In this document: positions 52,564-61,425 of the stretch, piece after piece | Numbering within the stretch: the first letter of the stretch is position 1 | Layout of the letters: each line of letters begins with the position of its first letter | Assembly (NCBI GenBank): GCA_963751345.1 | Contig: CAVVUS010000011.1 | Location: 64,001-128,000 of the forward strand | Reading direction: 5' to 3' | DNA from: an uncultured Chloroflexia bacterium | GTDB lineage: Bacteria; Chloroflexota; Anaerolineae; B4-G1; SLSP01 | Length of the DNA: 64,000 nucleotides | Translations under genes and position numbers: made by a program | Notes under the pieces: model-generated | Told to the model about the DNA's origin: nothing | Database searches by the model: none | What the model saw: only the letters and a program-made list of their open reading frames with translations

Positions 52564-52621
52564 ACTACCCCTCGATTACCACGTTCGTGGGATGACACTA
52601 GTACCTTCTGTCAGTCATACT
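52564..52621 (+). promoter_or_regulatory. conserved regulon promoter, copy 3
   Basis: ACTACCCCTCG-ATTACCACGTTCGTGGG-ATGACA-N18-CATACT. Confidence 0.8.
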
Positions 52622-52672
52622 GAAAGCGTAACATATCATCAGTCCGGACCATACCGGAGAGGAGATGTATCG

Positions 52673-54688
52673 ATGTCCAATGCACTGACACTTGAGGCGA
52701 GCAGTCCACCGCGAGCACAGGCGACAGCGGCTAAGCCGTCCCGCCTGTTCTTTGTGGATCACCTGCGCGTTGCCCTAGCTATTCTCGTGGTATTACACCA
52801 CGTGTCGATGGTCTACGGCGCGAGCGCGCCATTCTATTATGCCGAACCCCCTGTCACCACGCCATTGGCATTCCTGGGGTTCCTGGTGTTTGCACTCGTC
52901 AACCAGGGATGGTTTATGGGTGCCTTCTTCCTACTGGCGGGCTACTTTGCGCCAGGCTCCTTCGACCGCAAAGGTGCCGGTGGGTTTCTTGAGGACAGGC
53001 TCGTGCGCCTCGGGCTCCCCCTTCTCTTCTTCTTCTTCGTGCTAGGCCCGGTCTCCGGCATTGGCTTCTACTTGATGCCGCCAGAGCTGACGGGGATTAC
53101 GACGCCGCTCACGTGGGATGCCTATCCTTACCTCTTTGGGCTGGGTCCGCTCTGGTTCGCGGCGCTCCTGCTCATCTTCAGTTTCGGCTACGCTGCGTGG
53201 CGAGGGTTGACGCGCAACCGGCCGGCGCGCGTCGTTGGCGATGACAACGGGCTCAGTTACGCCGGCATTGGTCTCTTCATTCTTGGCCTTGCTGGGGCCA
53301 GCTACCTCATGCGGATGGTCGTCCCGCTGGGCGAGACGGTGCTGGACTTCCCAACGCTCGCTTATCTGCCGCAGTACCTCAGCTTCTACATCGTCGGCAT
53401 GGTTGCGTACCGACGCAACTGGTTCCGAACGCTGTCGAACAGGATGGGCCTTATCGGATTCGTCGCGGCGCTGATCGGGTCGATTGTCCTATTCCCGCTG
53501 GCATTCAGTGGTCAGCTATTCTCGCTGGAACTGGGACCGGCGCTGTACAATGCGATGGGGAACGGGCACTGGCAATCCGCCGTCTATACCCTTTGGGACG
53601 CAATACTCTCAGTTGGGTTATTCCTCGGGCTTATCGCGTTCTTCCGCCGCTTCTTCGGTCAGCGTAGCAAGGTGGGTACGCTCCTTTCGCGACAGAGCTA
53701 CACCGTCTACATCATCCATGTCCCGATCCTTGTCTTCCTGGCGTACGCACTGCGAAACCTGCAACTTCCACCGGTGGCCAAATTCCTGGTCGTGTCGGCG
53801 ATCGTCCTCCCGATCTGCTTCGCCGTTTCCTATGTGATCAGCTTGGTTCCCGTCATCGGCACGGTGCTCGGGTCCGGTGGAAGCGATTCCCGCAGACGTC
53901 ATGGCGGCGCCGGTGTCGGATCCCCTGCCCTGAGTCTGTCGGACGGTGGGACGATCATCGGGATAGACGGTCTGGTCAAATCCTACGGCGAGGTCACCGC
54001 GGTCAATGGCCTGAGTCTCGATATCAAGAAGGGCGAGCTCTTCGGACTGCTAGGACCCAACGGGGCGGGCAAGACGACCACGATCAGCATCCTGTCGGGC
54101 CTTCTCCATCCCACCTCGGGAACCGCAACAATTGGTGGCATGGATATTCGCGATGACATGCAAGAGATCAAGGCGGGCATGGGCGTCTGCCCGCAGGAAG
54201 CAGCGGTCTATCCTTTCCTGACCGGGCGCGAGAACATCCAGCTTATCGGCAAGCTCTACGGAATGGACCGGCAAAGCCTTAAGGCGAGGACCGCTGAGCT
54301 TCTCGAGCAGACCGGCTTTGGTGAGGCCGCCAAGCGCAAGGCTAAGGGGTACAGTGGGGGGATGACGCGCCAACTGAACCTGCTGATGGCCATCGTCAGC
54401 GATCCGGATATCGTCTTCCTCGACGAGCCAACGGTGGGGATGGACGCTCGGGCTCGAAGGCAGACTTGGGACTACATCGCCTCCCTGAAAGAGCAGGGCA
54501 AGACCATCATCTTGACCACGCACTACATCGAAGAGGCGGAGTCTCTCAGCGACAGGGTAGGGATCATCGACTATGGAGAGTTGATCGATCTTGGCACGCC
54601 CAAGGCGCTCATGGAGAAACACGGTGCGAAGGACCTGGAGGAGGTGTTCCTCAAGATCACGGGCCGCAGAATCGGGGAGGGAAGTTAA
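52673..54688 (+). CDS. acyltransferase-3 (OpgC/MdoC-like) membrane domain fused to an ABC transporter ATPase
   Basis: RLFFVDHLR..LVVLHH, FMGAFFLLAGYF, RLVRLG, GPLWF, YTVYIIH; then GPNGAGKTT, YSGGM, FLDEPT, TTHY. AGGAG RBS before ATG 52673. Confidence 0.85.
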   Translation: MSNALTLEASSPPRAQATAAKPSRLFFVDHLRVALAILVVLHHVSMVYGASAPFYYAEPPVTTPLAFLGFLVFALVNQGWFMGAFFLLAGYFAPGSFDRKGAGGFLEDRLVRLGLPLLFFFFVLGPVSGIGFYLMPPELTGITTPLTWDAYPYLFGLGPLWFAALLLIFSFGYAAWRGLTRNRPARVVGDDNGLSYAGIGLFILGLAGASYLMRMVVPLGETVLDFPTLAYLPQYLSFYIVGMVAYRRNWFRTLSNRMGLIGFVAALIGSIVLFPLAFSGQLFSLELGPALYNAMGNGHWQSAVYTLWDAILSVGLFLGLIAFFRRFFGQRSKVGTLLSRQSYTVYIIHVPILVFLAYALRNLQLPPVAKFLVVSAIVLPICFAVSYVISLVPVIGTVLGSGGSDSRRRHGGAGVGSPALSLSDGGTIIGIDGLVKSYGEVTAVNGLSLDIKKGELFGLLGPNGAGKTTTISILSGLLHPTSGTATIGGMDIRDDMQEIKAGMGVCPQEAAVYPFLTGRENIQLIGKLYGMDRQSLKARTAELLEQTGFGEAAKRKAKGYSGGMTRQLNLLMAIVSDPDIVFLDEPTVGMDARARRQTWDYIASLKEQGKTIILTTHYIEEAESLSDRVGIIDYGELIDLGTPKALMEKHGAKDLEEVFLKITGRRIGEGS

Positions 54689-54689
54689 G

Positions 54690-55448
54690 ATGAAAACACG
54701 CGCGATAGCGGCGTTGGTTGGGGTGGAGTTAAAGAAGCTGTATCGAGATCCGACAAGCTTGGCCGTCATCCTGGCGATGCCGACAGTGCTGACGCTGGTC
54801 TTGTCGCTGGCGATGGGTGATCTGCCCACCTGGTGGCTCGAAGGTGCGACACACTTTGAGTTCCTGGTCCCCGGCCTGATGGGGTTGGCCGTCATCTACA
54901 TGATCATGCTCTTCGCAATGGCGCTCTGCACCTACCGGGATGCGGGTCTGCTGAAGCGTCTGGAGACCACACCGACACCAGCTGACACCTACCTGGGGAG
55001 CCAGGTGATCGCCAATGTGATTATCGGCACAGGCCAGGGGCTGGTGGTCTTATTGCTCAGCGTGATCCTGGGGTTCCGGCCTCAGGGCGGTCTCCAGGGA
55101 GTCGTCTTTGCAGCGGTCTTTCTGGGGATGCTGTCCGCTGCCGCCGTGGGGTTCGGGCTGCTGACCGCGACCATCGCCAAGAGTACAGGGGCGGCCAGTG
55201 GCCTATCGATGATTTTCGTGATCCCGATGATGATCTTTGGCACCTGGTTGGCGGCATTCGACGAGTCGACCTATGCCATCTCACGATACACGCCCAACTT
55301 CTACGTGACCGAGCCTTTGACGCGGATCTTCCACGGTGCGCCGATGCTGGATGGCATCGTGTGGAAAGACTTGCTGATCCTCACCGTGATCAGCTTGGTT
55401 GCTGTCACGGTGGGTATCCAAGTCTTCAAGAGGACCGAGTACCGGTAG
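54690..55448 (+). CDS. ABC-2 type exporter permease
   Basis: KKLYRDP, FLVPGL, RDAGLLKRLETTP; 6 TM; starts 1 nt after the ATPase stop. Confidence 0.9.
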   Translation: MKTRAIAALVGVELKKLYRDPTSLAVILAMPTVLTLVLSLAMGDLPTWWLEGATHFEFLVPGLMGLAVIYMIMLFAMALCTYRDAGLLKRLETTPTPADTYLGSQVIANVIIGTGQGLVVLLLSVILGFRPQGGLQGVVFAAVFLGMLSAAAVGFGLLTATIAKSTGAASGLSMIFVIPMMIFGTWLAAFDESTYAISRYTPNFYVTEPLTRIFHGAPMLDGIVWKDLLILTVISLVAVTVGIQVFKRTEYR

Positions 55449-55457
55449 GCTTTCATC

Positions 55458-55724
55458 ATGGAACATGCTGAGCGATGGCTTACGCTGGACCGACCGGCAC
55501 GCTATGAGATCAAGGTGCCGGGGCACCTGGATGAGACCTGGTCGGACTGGATCGAAGGGGTGACGATCACGCTCGAGCACGGGATCGACGGTTCGCCGGT
55601 CACAAGGTTGACCGGCACCGTCGATCAGGCCGCGCTGCACGGCCTGCTACGCCGCCTCTACGCGCTCGGCTTGCCGCTGCTCTCGGTGGTCTGCGTGGGC
55701 GGCGGTACACCTGGACATAGTTAG
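55458..55724 (+). CDS. conserved 88-aa protein associated with the MalT-like regulator
   Basis: YEIKVPGHL..W.DWIEG...LTG.VDQAALHGLLRRLYALGLPLLSV; paralog of 11342-11587. Confidence 0.8.
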   Translation: MEHAERWLTLDRPARYEIKVPGHLDETWSDWIEGVTITLEHGIDGSPVTRLTGTVDQAALHGLLRRLYALGLPLLSVVCVGGGTPGHS

Positions 55725-55839
55725 GATTGTGTGGTATTTGTTGCAGCGTTCAGCCTGTTAGGGAGGGACTCCAGAACCTTGCCGCTGATTCGGCGCCGGA
55801 TGCGCGCCGTGGCGCGGCTCACACATCGAGGATTGCATA

Positions 55840-57210
55840 GTGAAAAAGATCGACCGTAGATGGTGGGTGCTGATCGCCATCGGCACCGGATCCTTCATGT
55901 CTGCCCTGGACGCCAGCGTCGTCAACACGATCCTGCCTATCCTGCGTGCGGCCTTCAACAGCGATGTGGCCACCATCGAATGGGTCGTGACCGTCTATCT
56001 GTTGGCCCTGAGCGGGCTGCTGCTCACGTTCGGCCGCTTGGGTGATCTGCGTGGGCACAGGACCATCTACGTATGGGGGTTCGGCATCTTCGTCGTGGGG
56101 TCGATGCTCTGCGGCGCGAGCCGATCTGCAGCGGCACTGACCGTTTTCCGCGGCCTGCAGGCCATCGGGAGTGCGATGCTGGCCTCGAATTCCCCCGCCA
56201 TCGTGACCGGCAACGTGCCTCCCGAACAGCGTGGGCGCGCCTTTGGCCTGGTCTCGACGATGACGTACCTGGGGCTGACCGTCGGCCCGTCACTGGGAGG
56301 TGCGCTGGCTCACGCTCTGGGGTGGCGGACGGTTTTCTACATCAACGTCCCGGTCGGGGGGATGGCATTGGCCCTGGCCCTGGCCTACATTCCGAAGGAC
56401 ATCCCCGTAGCAGGTGAGCGGCGCTTCGATCTGCCGGGCGCCGCCGTCTTCCTCGCGGGGCTGACCTCGCTCTTATTGGGGCTGAACAAGGGAGCGGAGT
56501 GGGGTTGGTCGTCCCCGCGGGTCCTGGGCCTGCTTGCACTGGCCTTGGTCATGCTCTTCATTTTTGTCCTGATCGAGCGCAAGTCTCCGGCGCCTATGCT
56601 GGACTTAGGCATGTTCCGCATCTCATTGTTTTCGACATCGGTCGTGAGCGCGGTGCTGAACTACATCTGCGTCTACAGTATCACCTTTCTGATGCCCTTC
56701 TATCTGATCCAGGGGCGCGGGCTGAACACGGCCCAGGCGGGCCTGATGCTGACCGTGCAGCCCGTGATCATGGCGATCAGCGCCCCGATCAGCGGTGCCT
56801 TGTCGGACAGGGTCGGTTCGCGCACGCCGGGGATGCTCGGTATGGGCGTTCTTGCCGGCGGCCTGTTTCTGCTCTCCCGGCTGGGCGCAGGTACGGGATT
56901 GTGGCTGGTGGCAGTGGGACTGGCAACGGTGGGCCTCGGCACGGGTACCTTCATCTCCCCAAATACCAGCGCCTTGATGGGATCCGCGCCCCGCGCACGA
57001 CAAGGGATCGCTTCGGCGGTCATGGGGGCCGCGCGCAACTTCGGTATGGTACTGGGCATCGGGCTGGCCGGTGCAGTATTCACCACCCAGTTGGCCCAGA
57101 ATACGACCGCGGCCCTGTACCGCGGGATCAGCCAAGGGCTGCTCGTAGCTGCCGGCGTGGCCATACTAGGGATCGTATCATCAGCGCTGAAAGATGAGTC
57201 AAGAGGGTGA
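55840..57210 (+). CDS. DHA2 (EmrB/QacA) MFS efflux pump
   Basis: 14-TM pattern; FMSALDASVVN, GRLGDLRG, WRTVFYINVPVG; close paralog of 32997. Confidence 0.92.
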   Translation: MKKIDRRWWVLIAIGTGSFMSALDASVVNTILPILRAAFNSDVATIEWVVTVYLLALSGLLLTFGRLGDLRGHRTIYVWGFGIFVVGSMLCGASRSAAALTVFRGLQAIGSAMLASNSPAIVTGNVPPEQRGRAFGLVSTMTYLGLTVGPSLGGALAHALGWRTVFYINVPVGGMALALALAYIPKDIPVAGERRFDLPGAAVFLAGLTSLLLGLNKGAEWGWSSPRVLGLLALALVMLFIFVLIERKSPAPMLDLGMFRISLFSTSVVSAVLNYICVYSITFLMPFYLIQGRGLNTAQAGLMLTVQPVIMAISAPISGALSDRVGSRTPGMLGMGVLAGGLFLLSRLGAGTGLWLVAVGLATVGLGTGTFISPNTSALMGSAPRARQGIASAVMGAARNFGMVLGIGLAGAVFTTQLAQNTTAALYRGISQGLLVAAGVAILGIVSSALKDESRG

Positions 57211-57239
57211 TGCGCTTGCACAGCTTCGCCTGTCGTCTC

Positions 57240-57325
57240 TGTACTCCAACTCCGCAAGCTAGAGTTCATCGTCGTCACCGGCGGTGCCAAGCTTCGTGGC
57301 GATGACCCGGATGTAGCCGTCGATG
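57240..57325 (-). pseudogene. remnant of an F5/8-domain 3' end
   Basis: Reads GYIRVIATKLGTAGDDDEL*LAELE, matching YIRVTATQLG..DDDFAMQFAELE at 34400-34480. Confidence 0.6.
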
Positions 57326-57556
57326 CCGGGGCGCGATCGAGGCCCTTAGGTGGACCTGTACCCATTCGGTGTGATCGGGATTGCCATACAGCCGTTTCAT
57401 GTGCAGCTTTTCCTTCCAAGGTCGCGGGCCTATAGTAGGTGCACTGCACGTCGGGGAGAATGAGCGCCGATACCTGTGACACCACGATAACTACAGCGGT
57501 TTTACGCGTCTATCCCCACGTCGATAGTGCTTCGCCCAGTTTTCCGAGGAGGATAC

Positions 57557-59087
57557 GTGACGATGACATCTCCATTGAACAGCGATCGGCTCGGCCTGTT
57601 CCAGGGCCAAACGGACGTTGGCGTTGTGACCCCACCAGGTTTCTGCCAGTACGATGCGGAGCGTCAGGTCTATACGATCACCAGCGCCGGCGCCAACATC
57701 TGGGGCGACCACGACGACTTCCACTTTGTGTGGAGGCGCATGACCGGCGATTTCATCCTGACCACACGAGCCGAGTTCGTCGCCCTTGGCGCGAATCCGC
57801 ATCGCAAACTAGGCTGGATGGTGCGTACCAGTCTCGATACCAGTTCTCCAAGTGTGAGCACCGGAATCCACGGCGATGGGCTGCTTACGCTGCAATTCCG
57901 GCGAACGCAGGGTGGCCCCACCGAGGAGGTGCGGATGGCCCTGGAGGCGGCGGACGTTGTTCAGTTGGAGCGCAGAGGCACGACTTACATCATGTCAGTC
58001 GCTCATTATGGCGAGGCCTTCGTCACGGCCCAGGTGGCCGACCTCGACCTGGGCGATGAGGTCTACGTGGGCCTGCTGGGCTGCTCGCACGAGGTGGACG
58101 TCGTCGAGACCTTCATCTATCGAGACGTGCGTATTGTCGCGCCGGTGGGGGAAGGCTTCAACCGCGAGCGCGATCCCTTCGCCAGCCGGCTGGAGATCCT
58201 GGACGTCGAGAGCGGTCACCGGGAGGTCGTCTACAGCGCGGACACCGTGTTGGAGGCGCCCAACTGGACGCGGGACGGCAAGGCCCTGATCTACAACCGG
58301 GATGGACGGCTCTACCGGTTCGACCTGGCGACCAGGACCTCCTCGCTCGTCGACACGGGCTCGGTGGTCCACTGTAACAACGACCACGTCCTCTCGTTCG
58401 ACGGAACGATGCTCGCGATCAGCAGCCACAGCGAAGAGGCCCACGCCTCGCTGGTGTACACCGTGCCGGTGGAGGGTGGGGAGCCGAAGGTCGTCACGCC
58501 GACAGGCCCTTCCTACCTTCATGGCTGGTCGCCCGACGGCAAGTCCCTGGTGTACGCCGGACTGCGCGATGGCCAATTCGATATCTACCGGATCCCGGTC
58601 GATGGCGGTCAGGAGACGCAGCTTACCGCGACGCCGGGGCTGGACGATGGGCCGGAGTACACGCCCGACGGCGCCTATATCTACTTCTGCTCCGTCCGCA
58701 GCGGGCCTATGCAGGTCTGGCGGATGAAGCCGGACGGCAGCGATCCGGAGCAGTTGACCGGCGACGCGCCTGGGACGGGCGTTCGCGCCTGGGATGGCGT
58801 TCGCGCCTGGGACGGCGTCCTACAACAACTGGTTTCCCCACGTCTCGCCCGACGGCACCTGGGTCGTCTTCGTGACCTATTTGGCCGGTGAGGCCGAGCC
58901 GAGCGATCATCCGGCGGCGAAGCGCGTCTACCTTCGCCTGATGCCGCTCGATGGTGGCGTACCGAAAGTGCTGGCCTATCTCTACGGAGGCCAGGGCACG
59001 ATGAACGTCCCTTCGTGGTCGCCGGATAGCAAGTACATCGCCTTCGTCAGCAACACGGTGCCGCTGGAGGGGGAGACGTGGGCGTAG
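57557..59087 (+). CDS. TolB-like (PD40) beta-propeller protein with N-terminal ConA-like domain; frameshift ~58778
   Basis: [64 protein letters not shown]. Confidence 0.85.
58765..58819 (+). repeat. 3 x 18-bp intragenic tandem repeat
   Basis: CGCGCCTGGGAYGGCGTY x3; the first unit has an extra G. Confidence 0.9.
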
Positions 59088-59106
59088 AGTCGCGCCGAGT
59101 GCACTC

Positions 59107-60123
59107 GTGACCGCGTCGACGAACCTGAATCCGTTTCCTGTACAGGACTCCACGCTCTCGGCCGAGGCACTGGCCGAGAGCGTGCTGAGTGAATATGGGT
59201 CGCTCGATCGACCGGTGTGCCGGTTCCACAGAAAGGGGATCTGCGATACCTACCGGGTGACCGCGGGCGATCGTGGGTACTATCTGAAGGTCTACCGGCA
59301 CGGCCGCAGGACGCGGCTGGACGTGTCGGAGGAGGTGAGGCTGCTCAACTACCTCGCCGCCAACGGGGTCTCCGTCGCCCGTCCGGTTGTGCGGCGGGAC
59401 GGAACCTACGTCAACCGGCTGGCGGCCCCGGAGGGCGACCGCTATGCGGTTCTCTATGAGGCTGCGCAGGGTGTTTCCGGGGATCGGGGCGACCTCGAAC
59501 GGATCGCTGCGTTTGGCGAGATGGTGGGCCGGATGCACGAGGTCGCCGACCGGATGGACGAACCCTACCGGCGCGTTGCTCTGGACATGCGTCACCTGGT
59601 GGACGACAACCTGCCGGCCATCGAGCATCTGATGGCCCACCGTGAGGCCGACTACCGGTTGATCGTCCGCATCGCCGAGGCGTGCAAGAGCCGAGTCGCA
59701 GAGCTGCTCCCCACCGTCAAGCCGGCGTTCGGCATCTGCCACGGCGACCTGCACGGCGGGGACGTCTGCTACGGTGAGCATGGCACGCCTGCGCTCTTTG
59801 ACTTCGACAGTTCCGGTTGCGGCTGGCGAGCGCTGGACATTGGAGTCTTCCTGGCTTCGGACGAGTGGATGGACACGACCGCCGAGGCGGAGGCGCGGCG
59901 CCAGCGCAGACTAGCGACGTTTCTGGAGGGCTATTCGGCGATCCGCGAATTGACGGAGCCCGAGCTGATTGCCGTGCAGCTTGGACCGCCGATCCGCCAC
60001 ATCTTTCTGATGGGCTTTGTGCTGCGCTACACGGCCACGTGGCAGGGCGAGCACTGGGCCGACGACGGCTTCATTGACTGGCATATGGCCTGGTTTCGAC
60101 ATTGGGCTGAGCGGAACCTCTGA
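59107..60123 (+). CDS. phosphotransferase (homoserine kinase type II / APH-like)
   Basis: YYLKVYR, CHGDLHGGD, FDFD, RALDI. Confidence 0.85.
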   Translation: MTASTNLNPFPVQDSTLSAEALAESVLSEYGSLDRPVCRFHRKGICDTYRVTAGDRGYYLKVYRHGRRTRLDVSEEVRLLNYLAANGVSVARPVVRRDGTYVNRLAAPEGDRYAVLYEAAQGVSGDRGDLERIAAFGEMVGRMHEVADRMDEPYRRVALDMRHLVDDNLPAIEHLMAHREADYRLIVRIAEACKSRVAELLPTVKPAFGICHGDLHGGDVCYGEHGTPALFDFDSSGCGWRALDIGVFLASDEWMDTTAEAEARRQRRLATFLEGYSAIRELTEPELIAVQLGPPIRHIFLMGFVLRYTATWQGEHWADDGFIDWHMAWFRHWAERNL

Positions 60124-60504
60124 CGTACGTTTCCAGATCCGAAGAGCGACGCTGTTGGGTTCTATGGCGCAACGTGACGCCATCTGGTTTGTGCCAGACC
60201 CCGTCGATTCAAGCCGGAGGTGGGCAGTAGACGCATTCAAGGTGTGTGACAGGAGGCCATGGCATGGATGAGGCATACCGCCTAGCCCTTCAGGCTACGA
60301 CACTAACAACTGTGTGTCGCTACGACGTGGATGGCGACACAGGCTGCGTCCCGTAGGCGTATCTGCGGATGCACCTACCAAGAGGAGAGCGAGCCAATGC
60401 CGGCATCTCGACAGGGAGCACGCAAGGCGACGATTTGCCGAGATCCAGATGCCGAGGAAGATAAGGAGCAGGCGCAGGATCCGATCTGACACACAGGAGG
60501 GTTC

Positions 60505-61331
60505 ATGGATCTCGAACACAAGACAGCCATCGTGACGGGAGCCGGTAGCGGCATCGGGCGGGGGTTGGCGCGCACCTTCGCGAGGGAAGGGCAGCCGTGG
60601 TCTGCTGTGGACGCACCCTATCCCGTCTTGAGGAAACCGTCGCGCTGATCGAGGTGGAGGGCGGCACGGCGATATCTATCTCGGTGGATGTCACGGAGTG
60701 GGCGCAGGTCCAGGAGATGGCCCGGCGTGCCCTGGTGCGGTTTGGCGCGATCGATCTGCTCTTCAACAACGCCGGGAGCTTTGGCGCGGTGGGCCCGGTG
60801 TGGGAGGCCGATCCGGAGGCGTGGTGGCACGACGTGAGCGTCAATCTCCGCGGCACGATGCTGTGCACCCGGGCCGTTCTGCCGCACATGATAGAGCGCG
60901 ACACCGGCGTCGTCCTCACGATGGATGGGGGCGGCGGCGCCAGTGGCGCCAATATGGGCGGCTCCGCCTACGGCTGCTCAAAGGCCGCGATCGTGCGCTT
61001 CACCGAGGGATTGGCCCGCGAGCTGGCCCACGTGGGCTCGTCCGTGCTCGCGTTCTGCATGAACCCGGGCTTTGTCGATACCCCGATGACCGAGGATCTG
61101 ATGGCCACGCCGGAGAAACGGGAGTGGCAGCCGCACGTGCCCAGGCTGATGGGGTCCGAACACGAGGTGTCACCGGACGCCTGCGCCATGGCGACACTGC
61201 AACTGCTCCGTATCGCCGGGCCGGATCTCAGCGGGCGCACCTTCACGGTCCACACCGACTTCGACGCGGTGGACCGGAACCGGGAGACCATCGCCCGGGA
61301 AGACCTCTACGTGATGCGCCGGAGGACGTGA
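60505..61331 (+). CDS. SDR family oxidoreductase (frameshift ~60590)
   Basis: AGGAGG RBS, MDLEHKTAIVTGAGSGIGRG, then NNAG and YGCSK in ORF 60597. Confidence 0.85.
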
Positions 61332-61356
61332 TGCGGGCTCTCCCCAATAGATGAGA

Positions 61357-61390
61357 GAGTGGACCAATCTAGCAACAGATTGGTCCACTC
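61357..61390. terminator. perfect 14-bp hairpin between convergent genes
   Basis: GAGTGGACCAATCT-AGCAAC-AGATTGGTCCACTC. Confidence 0.6.
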
Positions 61391-61425
61391 CGGCTATCGT
61401 GGAGACTCGCGGCTGAGAGTTCCAG

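Noticed and set aside
58765-58819. CRISPR-like array
   Set aside because: Units are contiguous with no spacers, lie inside a gene, and no cas genes are present.
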